NCBI GenBank assembly: GCA_963714975.1
Contig: CAVQQD010000003.1
Span: forward strand, 416,001-480,000
DNA from: an uncultured Gammaproteobacteria bacterium
Lineage (GTDB): Bacteria > Pseudomonadota > Gammaproteobacteria > JAURND01
Reading direction: 5' to 3'
DNA: 64,000 bases
In this document: positions 12,084 to 22,042 of the stretch, piece after piece
How positions within the stretch are numbered: position 1 is the first letter of the stretch
Layout: each line of letters starts with the position of its first letter
The notes under the pieces: generated by a model
What the model was told of the DNA's origin: nothing
Databases searched by the model: none
Seen by the model: the letters and a program-made list of their open reading frames with translations, nothing else
Program-made: the position numbers and the translations under genes

Positions 12084-12159
12084 ATGCAGGTGCATACACC
12101 TGTTACACTAAGCAATACGCATTAGCCCTAGATCATTGCAGCACACGGATACAAAGCTC

Positions 12160-13290
12160 ATGAAACTAACATTGGTTTGGCAGCAATTACGTACCCATGA
12201 ACTAGCACTATTGGTTGGTATAATTAGTGTGATTATGCTGTACGTATTAAAAGCCTATGGTGTCATGGGCTCGGTTAACCCAATTGTAGCTCTGGGTGTG
12301 TTTATCTGGCTGTTCCTGGTCATCTTGTATTGTGTATTCCTCGTTGTTCGGCACGCGGAAGCCTTGGCTAAATTACTGAGAGAACCACTTGGCACCTTAG
12401 TGCTCACTTTGTCAGTGATCACCATTGAAATTGTTATTATCACGAGCGTGATGTTGGTGGGTGCCGAAATGCCTTCATTAGCCCGGGATACCATGTATTC
12501 CGTGATCATGGTAATTCTCAATGGTATGGTTGGCATTAGTTTACTGTTAGGCGGGTGGCGACATCGTGAACAGAGTTTCAACTTACAGGGTTCTTGCGCA
12601 TTTCTAAGCGCTATCTTAATAATTGCCGTCGTAGGTCTTATATTGCCCTCTCATACCTTGTCTACCAAGGGACCCACCTTCTCGTACTTACAAAGCCTAT
12701 TCTTTATCATCACTTCTATCAGCATTTATGTGGTATTTTTGGCGATGCAAACTGGCCCTTACCGCCGCTATTTTATCGATTCATTAGATAACACCTACCC
12801 GAGGCCTCCTGCTCATCAGGCAGCTAGAACTGTACGTTACTACTCATTACCTACGCACTTGATATTGCTAATACTTTATCTGTTAATCACGGCGATTTTG
12901 GCAAAAGGTATCGCCACGCCGGTTGATTTTATCCTAATCAAGCTGCATCAACCGCCTGCTCTTGGCGGTTTTATTGTCGCGATACTGATTTTATCCCCCG
13001 AAGCGTTTGCCGCTATTCGAGCCTCGATGTCAAACCAACTGCAACGCGCCATGAATATTTTATTAGGTTCAGTGTTGGCCACTATTAGCTTAACTATTCC
13101 GGCCGTATTAACTGTAGGTTTTTTTACTGGGAAGCATGTCGTATTAGGTTTAGGTGGGATTGACTCGATTATGTTAATGCTGACCTTGTTAGTGAGCATT
13201 TTAACCTTTAGTAATGGCAAAACTAATGTATTTCAGGGGTTGCTGCATCTATTAATTTTTGTCACTTATGTAGTACTGATCTATGATTAA
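12160..13290 (+). CDS. chaA: Ca2+(Na+)/H+ antiporter ChaA
   Basis: VVRHAEALA..EPLGTLVLTLSVITIE, LARDTMYS, SPEAFAAI, LGSVLATISLTIP. Confidence 0.9.
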   Translation: MKLTLVWQQLRTHELALLVGIISVIMLYVLKAYGVMGSVNPIVALGVFIWLFLVILYCVFLVVRHAEALAKLLREPLGTLVLTLSVITIEIVIITSVMLVGAEMPSLARDTMYSVIMVILNGMVGISLLLGGWRHREQSFNLQGSCAFLSAILIIAVVGLILPSHTLSTKGPTFSYLQSLFFIITSISIYVVFLAMQTGPYRRYFIDSLDNTYPRPPAHQAARTVRYYSLPTHLILLILYLLITAILAKGIATPVDFILIKLHQPPALGGFIVAILILSPEAFAAIRASMSNQLQRAMNILLGSVLATISLTIPAVLTVGFFTGKHVVLGLGGIDSIMLMLTLLVSILTFSNGKTNVFQGLLHLLIFVTYVVLIYD

Positions 13291-13300
13291 TTGTTTCTGT

Positions 13301-13337
13301 AACCATTCAGCACAGGATAGAAACAGGCATCTATGGC
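13301..13337. repeat. Fragment of family-E repeat
   Basis: AACCAT(T/G)CAGCACAGGATAGAAACAGGCATCTATGGC shared with 47301-47337; supplies the stop codon of the adjacent minus-strand gene. Confidence 0.8.
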
Positions 13338-14866
13338 TGATAGATCAGGTCGGTGCTTTCGTCGTGTTGCAATGCGGCTTGTTCGTCAAGTTCTTTACTT
13401 AATTGCCTCGCCTGTGCGAGTGTCTGGTGAATATGAGGCGCTTCATTGCCCTCTTGGCGGAAGTCGGTGTAAACACTTCCATATTGTGGATGTAACAATT
13501 CTTCTGCTTTCTGTAGATTAGTTCTAGAATCTTCTATTAAAATGATGTTGCGGTCCTGGGGATCTCTATTAAAATGTTTAGCTGCTGCACAGAGATGAAA
13601 GTTTTTACCATGGCTTTTTTGTGCCTTCTCTTCAGGAAGCCAGCTTTCTATATGGATATTTTTAAGGATCTGTTCATCCAATCCAATTTTTTCTTTCAAG
13701 AAGCGCCGAATTAACTCGACATGCGGATTATAACTCACGATAGCAATATCGTGACCCGCATAGAACAATTCTTCGAATGCTGTCTTCCATTCATGCGCTA
13801 AACCGCGGGGCTTGATATTTTGGATAGCTTTCCATTGCGTCTCTGTGTTTGTATCGTGCAGTCCACAGAGGGTGAGCATCTCATAAACATGCTGGTTGGT
13901 TATGGTTTCATCAAAATCAAAAGCGATAAGCCCCCTTTTTATTGGCCGACTTGCTTTATTCTCTAGGGTGGGTCTTCGGTTTTGCGCGCCATTTGAGCCG
14001 ATGTTGGAGGATTTTGCTTGTCTGATAAATGGTGCAGCTAGAAGGCTAAGAGCAAGTATTATCGAAAAAGTTACGCTGATAGCTAAGGTACTCTCCGAAG
14101 AGAGGTTCAATTTATCCCCTAATACATTTGCCATCGAATAAGTCCCAAATGCTATTCCTGGTATCATGGCAAGATAACTAAGGGTTAGTAGAACATGAGC
14201 ATGAGCATTTGAGTTATTCTTCTGCTGAAATTGTGGTTTATTGGTTATAGTAGCAGTACCGTGAAATATTATAGTAGCAACTAGATGGAGTATTGCGGCA
14301 GGTAAGGCATAGGGGGAGGGAAGTCCTAGATATATAAAACCAGAACTAACTACTGTAGCTGTAATGTTTGCAGCTAAATCTGAGTAGGTGGTGTTGCCTA
14401 ATTGGCAGCTTTGGGTAGATTTTGCCGGGTCTAATTTTTGTTTTGCCTGCTTGTAGACCTCCCGAGAGAAATTGGCTGTGGCTAGGGCCAATATTAGCGC
14501 AACAGTTATACTGATAGCTAAGCTAGCTTCTGAAGAGATAGCCAATTTTTCCCCTAATACATTCGTCGCTTCATAATATGCAAATGGCACTCCTGCTATA
14601 AAGGGTAAAGCGCTAGCAAAAAGCACTTTGTTATAGGTATTGATTTTCTGCTCATTGTCTTGCTTTGGTGCACTCGATATCAATTGACATTGTTTCTCAA
14701 TTACGTAGTTATGTATTATATACGCTGTTAGATTGATTATGGCCAAGGGTAAAGCATAGGGCGAAGGAGTTCCTAGGTATATAAAGCCTGAATTAATAGT
14801 AGCAAATGTTGCGAAAACTGAGAGGTAATTGATGTCAGCAATGTTATCGCGTGTGTTTTGTTGCAT
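13331..14866 (-). CDS. Membrane protein with internally duplicated TM module and C-terminal HAD-like domain
   Basis: Two copies of SGFIYLG(T/L)PSPYALP...NVLG(E/D)KL..SSE..LAIS; AFDFDETIT (DxD), IVS, K..H, IEDS HAD-type motifs. Confidence 0.7.
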   Translation of the reverse strand: MQQNTRDNIADINYLSVFATFATINSGFIYLGTPSPYALPLAIINLTAYIIHNYVIEKQCQLISSAPKQDNEQKINTYNKVLFASALPFIAGVPFAYYEATNVLGEKLAISSEASLAISITVALILALATANFSREVYKQAKQKLDPAKSTQSCQLGNTTYSDLAANITATVVSSGFIYLGLPSPYALPAAILHLVATIIFHGTATITNKPQFQQKNNSNAHAHVLLTLSYLAMIPGIAFGTYSMANVLGDKLNLSSESTLAISVTFSIILALSLLAAPFIRQAKSSNIGSNGAQNRRPTLENKASRPIKRGLIAFDFDETITNQHVYEMLTLCGLHDTNTETQWKAIQNIKPRGLAHEWKTAFEELFYAGHDIAIVSYNPHVELIRRFLKEKIGLDEQILKNIHIESWLPEEKAQKSHGKNFHLCAAAKHFNRDPQDRNIILIEDSRTNLQKAEELLHPQYGSVYTDFRQEGNEAPHIHQTLAQARQLSKELDEQAALQHDESTDLIYQP

Positions 14867-15011
14867 AGTTCATTTACCTAATATCTTGTCATCGATGCTA
14901 ATTATTTGCATATTTTACATAATTCTGCCTAAAAGTAAAGGCAAAATGCTGCCCTGGGGCAGAAATACTGCGGGTTGGGTGAGGATGTGCTTTTTTTGGC
15001 TATAAGCCATT

Positions 15012-16532
15012 TCATACACCCTCACCCGCCTTCGGTCCCCTCTCCCGCAAGCGGGAGAGGGGACTTGCTGGGCTCTCACCTGCCTTCACCCATTCTTCCG
15101 CAAGCGGGGGAGGGGCTTTAGATAAGTAACCTGCCAATTCGTCCAGCAGTGCGTGTTCAACGCTATCCAGGGTTTTTTCCGTGCGGATTTTGTGGATAAT
15201 TTCCAGCGCTTGTTGCCGAGTCAAGCGCTGATTGCCGCGAAAATCAAGCGGAGTTAATGCGGGTTCATCAGGATTAAGGCTCGATAAATACTGATTAAAT
15301 TCTTGCTGTAATTCTGGGGTGAGATCCGAAAAATAATTGCGTCCCAGGTAACGCAGCACTATAGTTCGTAACACTGGGTGGGTAAATTGCCCCACCATGC
15401 TAAGTTTTTGCGCAATGGGGGCTTGGCGAAATAAATGACATAGACTTTCCTCTTCACGGCTCAAAAAACCATTCTCATATAATGTCGTTTCGATATCAGC
15501 GCCAGGTATTTTGGGATAGGTATAATTTTGATAATAAGCTTGGATTGCCTTAAAAATGGCAGCATTTTCCTGCAACCATTGCAGATTGCTTTGGGTGATG
15601 GCTTGCCGTTCGTCAGTTAAATGCTGGGTAAAGCGTGGCAGGTAAGGCAAAATTATTCCGCCTTCGCCAGTTTTTTTGCGGCAGACCCAGGTATTCTCTG
15701 CGATAGTGTCTGGATGCGTCGAGGAGAGGATTGATTGGTCCAAACGTAACCAGAGCTGTTGGTTTTTATAATGCTGATGTTGGCCTAAATAAAGTACCGG
15801 AAATTGATATTGATTATCAGCACCGGTTTCCCCAATCATCAGGGCCAAGTAGTGCGTCTCGTCGCTTATAAATCCTACCGGTAATTGTTGCCTACGGCTT
15901 TGGTTAGTGGCTTTAGCAAAACTGCCCATGGCATACTCCCACATTTTCGTATGGGCGCGAAAATGCTTGGCTAGGGCTAAAGTGGCTTCAACATCGACCA
16001 GTGCATTATGCGCTGACCCACTGGCAAGCTGATTAGCTTGATTTAAATTCTCTAATTTGAGTGAAAGCTTGTCATTGAGTCTAGGCCAAATAAGGTTAAC
16101 TGCCTCATTCGTGTTGTACAAAAAATATAATTGGGTGATCGGTAATAAATCGAAACGACCACAATCATTGCTCCATTGGTGGGTGTAGGGAGGCAATAAA
16201 TTGCGATAAAAAGCAAAGCGTAGAAATTCATCGTCAAAGCGCAGGGTATTATAACCACCACTTTGGGTCCCGGGAGTGTTGACCAATTTATGAATTTGCG
16301 CAATGACACTAGCTTCTGGGCTGCCTGCTAACATTTGCGCGATCGAGATTCGATGAATGAGTATTGCCGCAGGTTCTGGAATTACATCGCAATTCAATTT
16401 AATGCGGTATTCATAACGTTCCAGCTCATTTAAGTTTAAATCGGTACGAATAGCGGCAAATTGTAATATTTGATCAAAACATTTACTACGCCCAGTGGTT
16501 TCTAAGTCGTAAAATAGATAGGTTTTATTCAT
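15012..16532 (-). CDS. sbcB: Exodeoxyribonuclease I
   Basis: FYDLETTG, QFAAIRTD, GYNTLRFDDE, SLKLE, AHNALVDVEAT; C-terminal ~33 aa are repeat-derived. Confidence 0.9.
   Translation of the reverse strand: MNKTYLFYDLETTGRSKCFDQILQFAAIRTDLNLNELERYEYRIKLNCDVIPEPAAILIHRISIAQMLAGSPEASVIAQIHKLVNTPGTQSGGYNTLRFDDEFLRFAFYRNLLPPYTHQWSNDCGRFDLLPITQLYFLYNTNEAVNLIWPRLNDKLSLKLENLNQANQLASGSAHNALVDVEATLALAKHFRAHTKMWEYAMGSFAKATNQSRRQQLPVGFISDETHYLALMIGETGADNQYQFPVLYLGQHQHYKNQQLWLRLDQSILSSTHPDTIAENTWVCRKKTGEGGIILPYLPRFTQHLTDERQAITQSNLQWLQENAAIFKAIQAYYQNYTYPKIPGADIETTLYENGFLSREEESLCHLFRQAPIAQKLSMVGQFTHPVLRTIVLRYLGRNYFSDLTPELQQEFNQYLSSLNPDEPALTPLDFRGNQRLTRQQALEIIHKIRTEKTLDSVEHALLDELAGYLSKAPPPLAEEWVKAGESPASPLSRLRERGPKAGEGV
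15018..15118. repeat. Tandem family-A repeats inside the sbcB 3' end
   Basis: CCCCTCTCCCGCAAGCGGGAGAGGGG and CTTCCGCAAGCGGGGGAGGGG. Confidence 0.8.
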
Positions 16533-16661
16533 GGATATCCCGTTGTTCCGGTGCCGGCTGGATCTAGCGCCCGGTAGTCATGAGCTAATAGTAAATGATC
16601 TCAGTGGGCTTGCCTAGTTTTGGGTGAGTGCTAGAATAGGGGGTGATCTAAACAGGGAGGT

Positions 16662-19600
16662 GTGATGGATAATGCTGAGGAACATATTCCGCGTTGGTAT
16701 CAGGAAGCCATTATTTATGAGCTTCATGTCCGCGCTTTTTTCGATAGTAATAAAGACGGTAGTGGCGATTTTCGTGGCTTAATTCAAAAGCTTGATTATT
16801 TGCAGAACCTAGGGGTTACTGCGATTTGGTTGCTACCTTTTTATCCCTCACCGTTAAGGGACGACGGCTATGATATTTCTGACTACACTAATGTCCATCC
16901 CACTTATGGAAACCTGGCCGATTTTAAATTAATGCTGCGTGAAGCGCATCGCCGCAATATTCGCGTTATCACCGAGTTAGTAGTCAATCATACTTCCGAT
17001 CAGCATCCATGGTTTCAGCGGGCACGCCGTGCCAAACCCGGCAGTCAATGGCGTGATTTTTATGTGTGGAGTAATACCACCCAGCGATTTGAAGATGCCA
17101 GAATTATTTTTCAAGATTTTGAATCGTCCAACTGGACTTGGGACCCGGTAGCTCAGGCCTATTATTGGCACCGGTTTTATGCTAATCAACCAGATCTCAA
17201 TTTTGATAATCCCTTGGTGCAAAAAGCGGTGCAGCAATGGTTGGATTTTTGGTTGAATTTGGGAGTAGATGGTCTACGTTTAGACGCGATTCCTTATCTT
17301 TATAAACGTGAAGGAACTAATTGTGAAAATTTGCCAGAGACCCATGCATTCTTAAAAAAAATCCGTCAACACATTAATGAAAAATATGCCGATCGCATGT
17401 TGTTAGCGGAGGCCAATCAATGGCCAGAAGATGCTGTCACTTATTTTGGCAACGGCGATGAATGTCATATGGCCTTTCATTTTCCATTGATGCCCAGAAT
17501 GTTTATGGCCTTGCAAATGGAAGATCGATTTCCCCTGGTGGATATCTTACAGCAAACCCCCGAAATTCCCTCCTCTTGCCAATGGTGTATTTTCTTGCGT
17601 AATCACGATGAATTGACCCTCGAGATGGTCACCGATGAAGAACGAGATTACATGTATCAAGTCTATGCTCAAGATCCACAAGCACGGGTTAATTTAGGAA
17701 TACGCCGGCGATTGGCGCCGTTACTAAATAGTAATCGAAAAAAAATTGAATTAATGAATGCCTTATTATTTGCTATACCTGGCACTCCGGTTATTTATTA
17801 TGGAGATGAGATTGGGATGGGAGATAATTATTATTTAGGTGATCGTAATGCGGTGCGTACTCCTATGCAATGGAATGCGGATCGGAATGCTGGATTTTCT
17901 ACTTCTCATGCCCAGAGTCTTTTTCTCCCGATTATTATCGACCCTGAATATCACTACGAATCCGTCAATGTGGATACTCAAGAAAAAAACCCGGAATCCT
18001 TATTATGGTGGATGAAAAGATTAATTGCGTTACGCAAACGTTATCCAGCATTAGCATTAGGAAAGATCCAATTTTTATTTCCAGAGAATCCAAAAGTTCT
18101 CGCGTTCACGACTAGTTATAAAGATCAAACCTTATTAATTGTGGCGAATTTTTCTCGTTTTAGTGAATATGTTGAGTTAGATTTGTCTGATTGGGAGGGA
18201 AATAGTTTGCTTGAACTATTTGGGCAATCAGAATTCCCGGCAGTCACCGGGAAATCCTATTTCCTAAGTTTGGGCCCCCATGCATTTTATTGGTTTTTGT
18301 TGAAATCGAAATCATCTGAAATATCTGAAATTTCTGAGAGTGAAAATCCTATTATGGAAGTTGCGATTCGTGGTAGTTGGGATCGCTTATTAAAAGAAAG
18401 CGATCAAGCTCATTTAGAATCTATTTTACTTAATTATTTACCTCAGCAACGTTGGTTTGGGCGCAAGAATTTTAAGATAAAACAACTGCAACTAGAAGAA
18501 TCCCTCTCTATCTTTATTGAGGATAGGAGATTTTACCTACTTTTTGTTGAGGTTATTGATGTAAAAGATCAGAAAACAATTTATTTTTTACCAATTACCA
18601 GCATAAAAGAACAAGATAACGAGATATTAAAAGAAATTCCACAGACCGCGTTAATTGCCAAAATTGTGCCTGAGAACGAATATTTAATCGATGCGAGCTT
18701 TGATCAAAAATTATGCGATAGGGTGATTAAATACATTGCCAGAGGGCAGAAAATACGCGGGAAAAAAGGTATTTTATCTGCACAAAATACTTCAATATTC
18801 AAATCTTTAGCTTTAAAAAATCAATCGGCAGATTTGACGCTATTAAGTTCAGAACAAACCAATACTTCGATTAAGTACGGAACTGAATTTATTTTGAAAT
18901 ATTATCGACGCTGTCAGGCAGGAGTCAATCCAGAAATAGAAATTGGTCAATTTTTAACTGAGAAACAGCGCTTTCCTTACTCTCCAGCCTTTGCGGGATG
19001 TCTAGAATATATCGATAGGAGTGGAAAAGTTATATCATTAGCGGTTCTTCATCAATTTATCCAACATGAGACTGATGGTTGGCAGTATACCTTAGATCAT
19101 ATTAATCGTTTTTTTGAAAAAATATTAACTGAAAATAGCAATTTGCCAACGATAATTCCACATCCAGAATTATCTCACAATTTTTTTGAGAATGAGCACC
19201 CCATCCCAGAGGAAGTAAAATCATTACTTGGTAATTATATTTATATGGTCAACTTATTAGGCCAGCATACTGCAGAGCTGCATATTGTGCTTGCTTCTAA
19301 TGCTGAAGAGCTTGATTTTGCTCCCGAAGTGTTTTCCACCTTTCATCAACGTGCGCTGTATCAATCTATCCGGTCGTTGGTGGGCAGAACGTTTAGTCAG
19401 TTAAAAAAGGCAACGGTAAATTTGGACGGCGAAGTAGCCAATTATGCCCGAAAAATTTTAGATTCTTCCGAAAGAGTTGATGCAATCTTACGTAAAATTA
19501 TTAATCGCAAGATAAGTGGATTACGTATTCGTAGCCATGGTGATTTTCATTTAGGTCAGGTGATCTTTACCGGTAAAGATTTTATGTTGGTCGATTTTGA

Positions 19601-19979
19601 AGGAGAGCCAGAGCGTTCCTTATCGGAGCGGCGAATCAAACGATCACCCCTAGTAGATGTTGCTGGGATGCTAAGATCGTTTCATTATGCTGCTATGTCC
19701 GCATTATTTGGTCCAACCTCATTGGTCAGAAAAGAAGACATCAAAACTTTAGAGTCTTGGGCAAATTTTTGGAATCAATGGGTCCGGGTATGTTTCTTAA
19801 ATGGGTATTTTTCGAAAGCAAAAAATCAATCATTCCTTCCAAAAAATCAAAAAGATTTCGCACTGTTATTAAAAATATTTATGCTAGAAAAAGCTGTTTA
19901 TGAAATTAATTACGAATTAAATAATAGGCCTGAATGGTTAGAAATTCCTTGTCGTGGTTTAGTTGAGCTATTAGAATGA
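16662..19979 (+). CDS. treS: Trehalose synthase-maltokinase fusion (TreS-Mak/Pep2)
   Basis: SPLRDDGYDISDY, LRLDAIPY, AEANQWPED, FLRNHDELTLE; kinase part EQTNTS, HGDFHLGQV, DFEGEP, DVAGMLRSF. Confidence 0.94.
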   Translation: MMDNAEEHIPRWYQEAIIYELHVRAFFDSNKDGSGDFRGLIQKLDYLQNLGVTAIWLLPFYPSPLRDDGYDISDYTNVHPTYGNLADFKLMLREAHRRNIRVITELVVNHTSDQHPWFQRARRAKPGSQWRDFYVWSNTTQRFEDARIIFQDFESSNWTWDPVAQAYYWHRFYANQPDLNFDNPLVQKAVQQWLDFWLNLGVDGLRLDAIPYLYKREGTNCENLPETHAFLKKIRQHINEKYADRMLLAEANQWPEDAVTYFGNGDECHMAFHFPLMPRMFMALQMEDRFPLVDILQQTPEIPSSCQWCIFLRNHDELTLEMVTDEERDYMYQVYAQDPQARVNLGIRRRLAPLLNSNRKKIELMNALLFAIPGTPVIYYGDEIGMGDNYYLGDRNAVRTPMQWNADRNAGFSTSHAQSLFLPIIIDPEYHYESVNVDTQEKNPESLLWWMKRLIALRKRYPALALGKIQFLFPENPKVLAFTTSYKDQTLLIVANFSRFSEYVELDLSDWEGNSLLELFGQSEFPAVTGKSYFLSLGPHAFYWFLLKSKSSEISEISESENPIMEVAIRGSWDRLLKESDQAHLESILLNYLPQQRWFGRKNFKIKQLQLEESLSIFIEDRRFYLLFVEVIDVKDQKTIYFLPITSIKEQDNEILKEIPQTALIAKIVPENEYLIDASFDQKLCDRVIKYIARGQKIRGKKGILSAQNTSIFKSLALKNQSADLTLLSSEQTNTSIKYGTEFILKYYRRCQAGVNPEIEIGQFLTEKQRFPYSPAFAGCLEYIDRSGKVISLAVLHQFIQHETDGWQYTLDHINRFFEKILTENSNLPTIIPHPELSHNFFENEHPIPEEVKSLLGNYIYMVNLLGQHTAELHIVLASNAEELDFAPEVFSTFHQRALYQSIRSLVGRTFSQLKKATVNLDGEVANYARKILDSSERVDAILRKIINRKISGLRIRSHGDFHLGQVIFTGKDFMLVDFEGEPERSLSERRIKRSPLVDVAGMLRSFHYAAMSALFGPTSLVRKEDIKTLESWANFWNQWVRVCFLNGYFSKAKNQSFLPKNQKDFALLLKIFMLEKAVYEINYELNNRPEWLEIPCRGLVELLE

Positions 19980-22042
19980 ACAAGGTAAATAATCCAACGA
20001 TTCGTTGCTTAGCTAAAATTTACGGGGTTCAAACAGCTTATTATGATGTCTTTAAACAGCGTCGCTGGGTGTCTGCAGCAACATTAGGTGCTATGTTAGA
20101 CGCCATGGGCGTTTCTTTGGCGAGTCATCAAGAAGCGTTGCAGAAAAAATGCGTTGAGCCGGTACAAATTGCCTGGGATGGCTATCTGGATCACATACCT
20201 TTATATTTCCCCCAGGAACTCTCGTCTAGCAAACTTTCTTGTCAATTAATTGGCGAAGATGGCAACATTCACGAATGGGATGTGGCCTTAGATAAAAGTC
20301 CGATTTTCAAAGAAGAAAATTTATTTGGTCGTATTTTTATTACTAAAATATTACCAATGAGTAAAACCCTGTCTCTAGGCTATCATCAACTAAAAATTAG
20401 CTTAAACAGTCAAGATTTCTTTTCTTTAATTATTGCTGCGCCGCGGTTTGGGTATTCCCATCGTCCCCAGCGTAAACGCAGCTGGGGGTTATTTACCCCT
20501 CTTTATGCGTTAAATTCAGCACGTAATTTTGGAGCAGGAGATTTCACTGACTTTCGTCAATTAATTCAATGGTTGTCAAACAAGGGCGGAGACTTAGTAG
20601 GAACATTGCCGTTATTTGCCAATTTCTTCGCTAATCCTTACGAGCCAAGTCCATATTCACCAGTCAGTCGACTTTTTTTTAATGAATTTTATTTAGATGT
20701 CGAGCAAATCCCTGAATTGAGCCAAAGTACTAAAGCACAAAATTTACTTAATTCAATGGCATTGCAAAAGGAACTACAAGTTTTACGAGAAGCACCCTTA
20801 GTTAACTATCCAAAAATAATGACTATAAAGCGCCGCATTTTAGAGCTACTTAGTGATGAATTTTTTGCAAACGGAGTGGAAGAACGAAAATTGGCATTTC
20901 AAACTTTTATTGCTAGTAACCCATTAATGGAAAATTATGCCAGCTTTCGTGCCGTCCAGGAAAGTTTACAAACAGCTTGGCATCATTGGCCGCAAATTCT
21001 CAAATTGGGTGAAATTTGTAGCGACGATTACGATCCTAAAGTAAAAGAATATTATCTTTATTCTCAATGGCAAGTACAGGAGCAACTTTCACGCATAAGA
21101 CAGGAAGCCCGTTTGCAGCAAGTAAAGCTTTATTTAGATATGCCGCTTGGGGTTCATGCCGATGGTTATGATACCTGGCGAGAGAGCAATTTATTTGCGC
21201 AAAGTTTAACTGTAGGTGCGCCACCTGATGCAGTATTTGTTCAAGGACAAAATTGGAGTTTCCCTCCCATCATCCCCCATATCCAACGAGAACAGCATTA
21301 CCATTATTTCATCAATTATTTACGTCAAACCTTAGCTTACGTGGATCTTTTGCGGATCGATCATGTTATGGGTTTACATCGTTTATATTGTATTCCCCAA
21401 GGATTTTCTGTAGCAGAAGGAGCTTTTATTCGATACCCCGCAGAGGAACTGTACGCTATTTTATGTTTAGAATCTGTACGGCATAAAGCGTGTATTGTCG
21501 GAGAAAATTTAGGGATGGTTCCTCAGTATGTGAATACTACTATGAATAAACATCATTTGTATAAAATGCATGTTTTGCAATATGAAATTGATTCTGATCC
21601 TGCCAAAGTTCTTAAGGGAATCCCTAGGCATAGTGTGGCAAGTTTCAATACCCATGATATGCCTCCCTTTGCTGCGTATATAAAGGGTTTAGATTTACAG
21701 GATCGAGAAAAAAAAGGCTATATGACTGCTCAACAAGCCACAAAAGAATATACTCATCGTCAGCAAATATTTCAATCGCTACTTTCCTCTAAGAGTAAAT
21801 TATGGCAATTATTGTCTATTTGTCTAAATATTTTAGCTAAAAGTAGGTGTCAATTCCTGTTAATTAATTTAGAAGATTTATGGTTAGAAACGCGAGCACA
21901 AAATATCCCAGCTTCTGGAATGACCTATCCTAATTGGCAACGGAAAAATCGACGAAAATTTTCCGAATGGCGCAACGACCGTAAATTAATTAAGATGCTA
22001 GTTCATGTAGCTAAGCTGCGTCAAGGAGAGTTAGGAAAATGA
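19976..22042 (+). CDS. malQ: 4-alpha-glucanotransferase (GH77)
   Basis: PSPYSPVSRLF, YLDMPLG, GAPPD, LRIDHVMG, VGENLG, THDMPP. Confidence 0.93.
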   Translation: MNKVNNPTIRCLAKIYGVQTAYYDVFKQRRWVSAATLGAMLDAMGVSLASHQEALQKKCVEPVQIAWDGYLDHIPLYFPQELSSSKLSCQLIGEDGNIHEWDVALDKSPIFKEENLFGRIFITKILPMSKTLSLGYHQLKISLNSQDFFSLIIAAPRFGYSHRPQRKRSWGLFTPLYALNSARNFGAGDFTDFRQLIQWLSNKGGDLVGTLPLFANFFANPYEPSPYSPVSRLFFNEFYLDVEQIPELSQSTKAQNLLNSMALQKELQVLREAPLVNYPKIMTIKRRILELLSDEFFANGVEERKLAFQTFIASNPLMENYASFRAVQESLQTAWHHWPQILKLGEICSDDYDPKVKEYYLYSQWQVQEQLSRIRQEARLQQVKLYLDMPLGVHADGYDTWRESNLFAQSLTVGAPPDAVFVQGQNWSFPPIIPHIQREQHYHYFINYLRQTLAYVDLLRIDHVMGLHRLYCIPQGFSVAEGAFIRYPAEELYAILCLESVRHKACIVGENLGMVPQYVNTTMNKHHLYKMHVLQYEIDSDPAKVLKGIPRHSVASFNTHDMPPFAAYIKGLDLQDREKKGYMTAQQATKEYTHRQQIFQSLLSSKSKLWQLLSICLNILAKSRCQFLLINLEDLWLETRAQNIPASGMTYPNWQRKNRRKFSEWRNDRKLIKMLVHVAKLRQGELGK

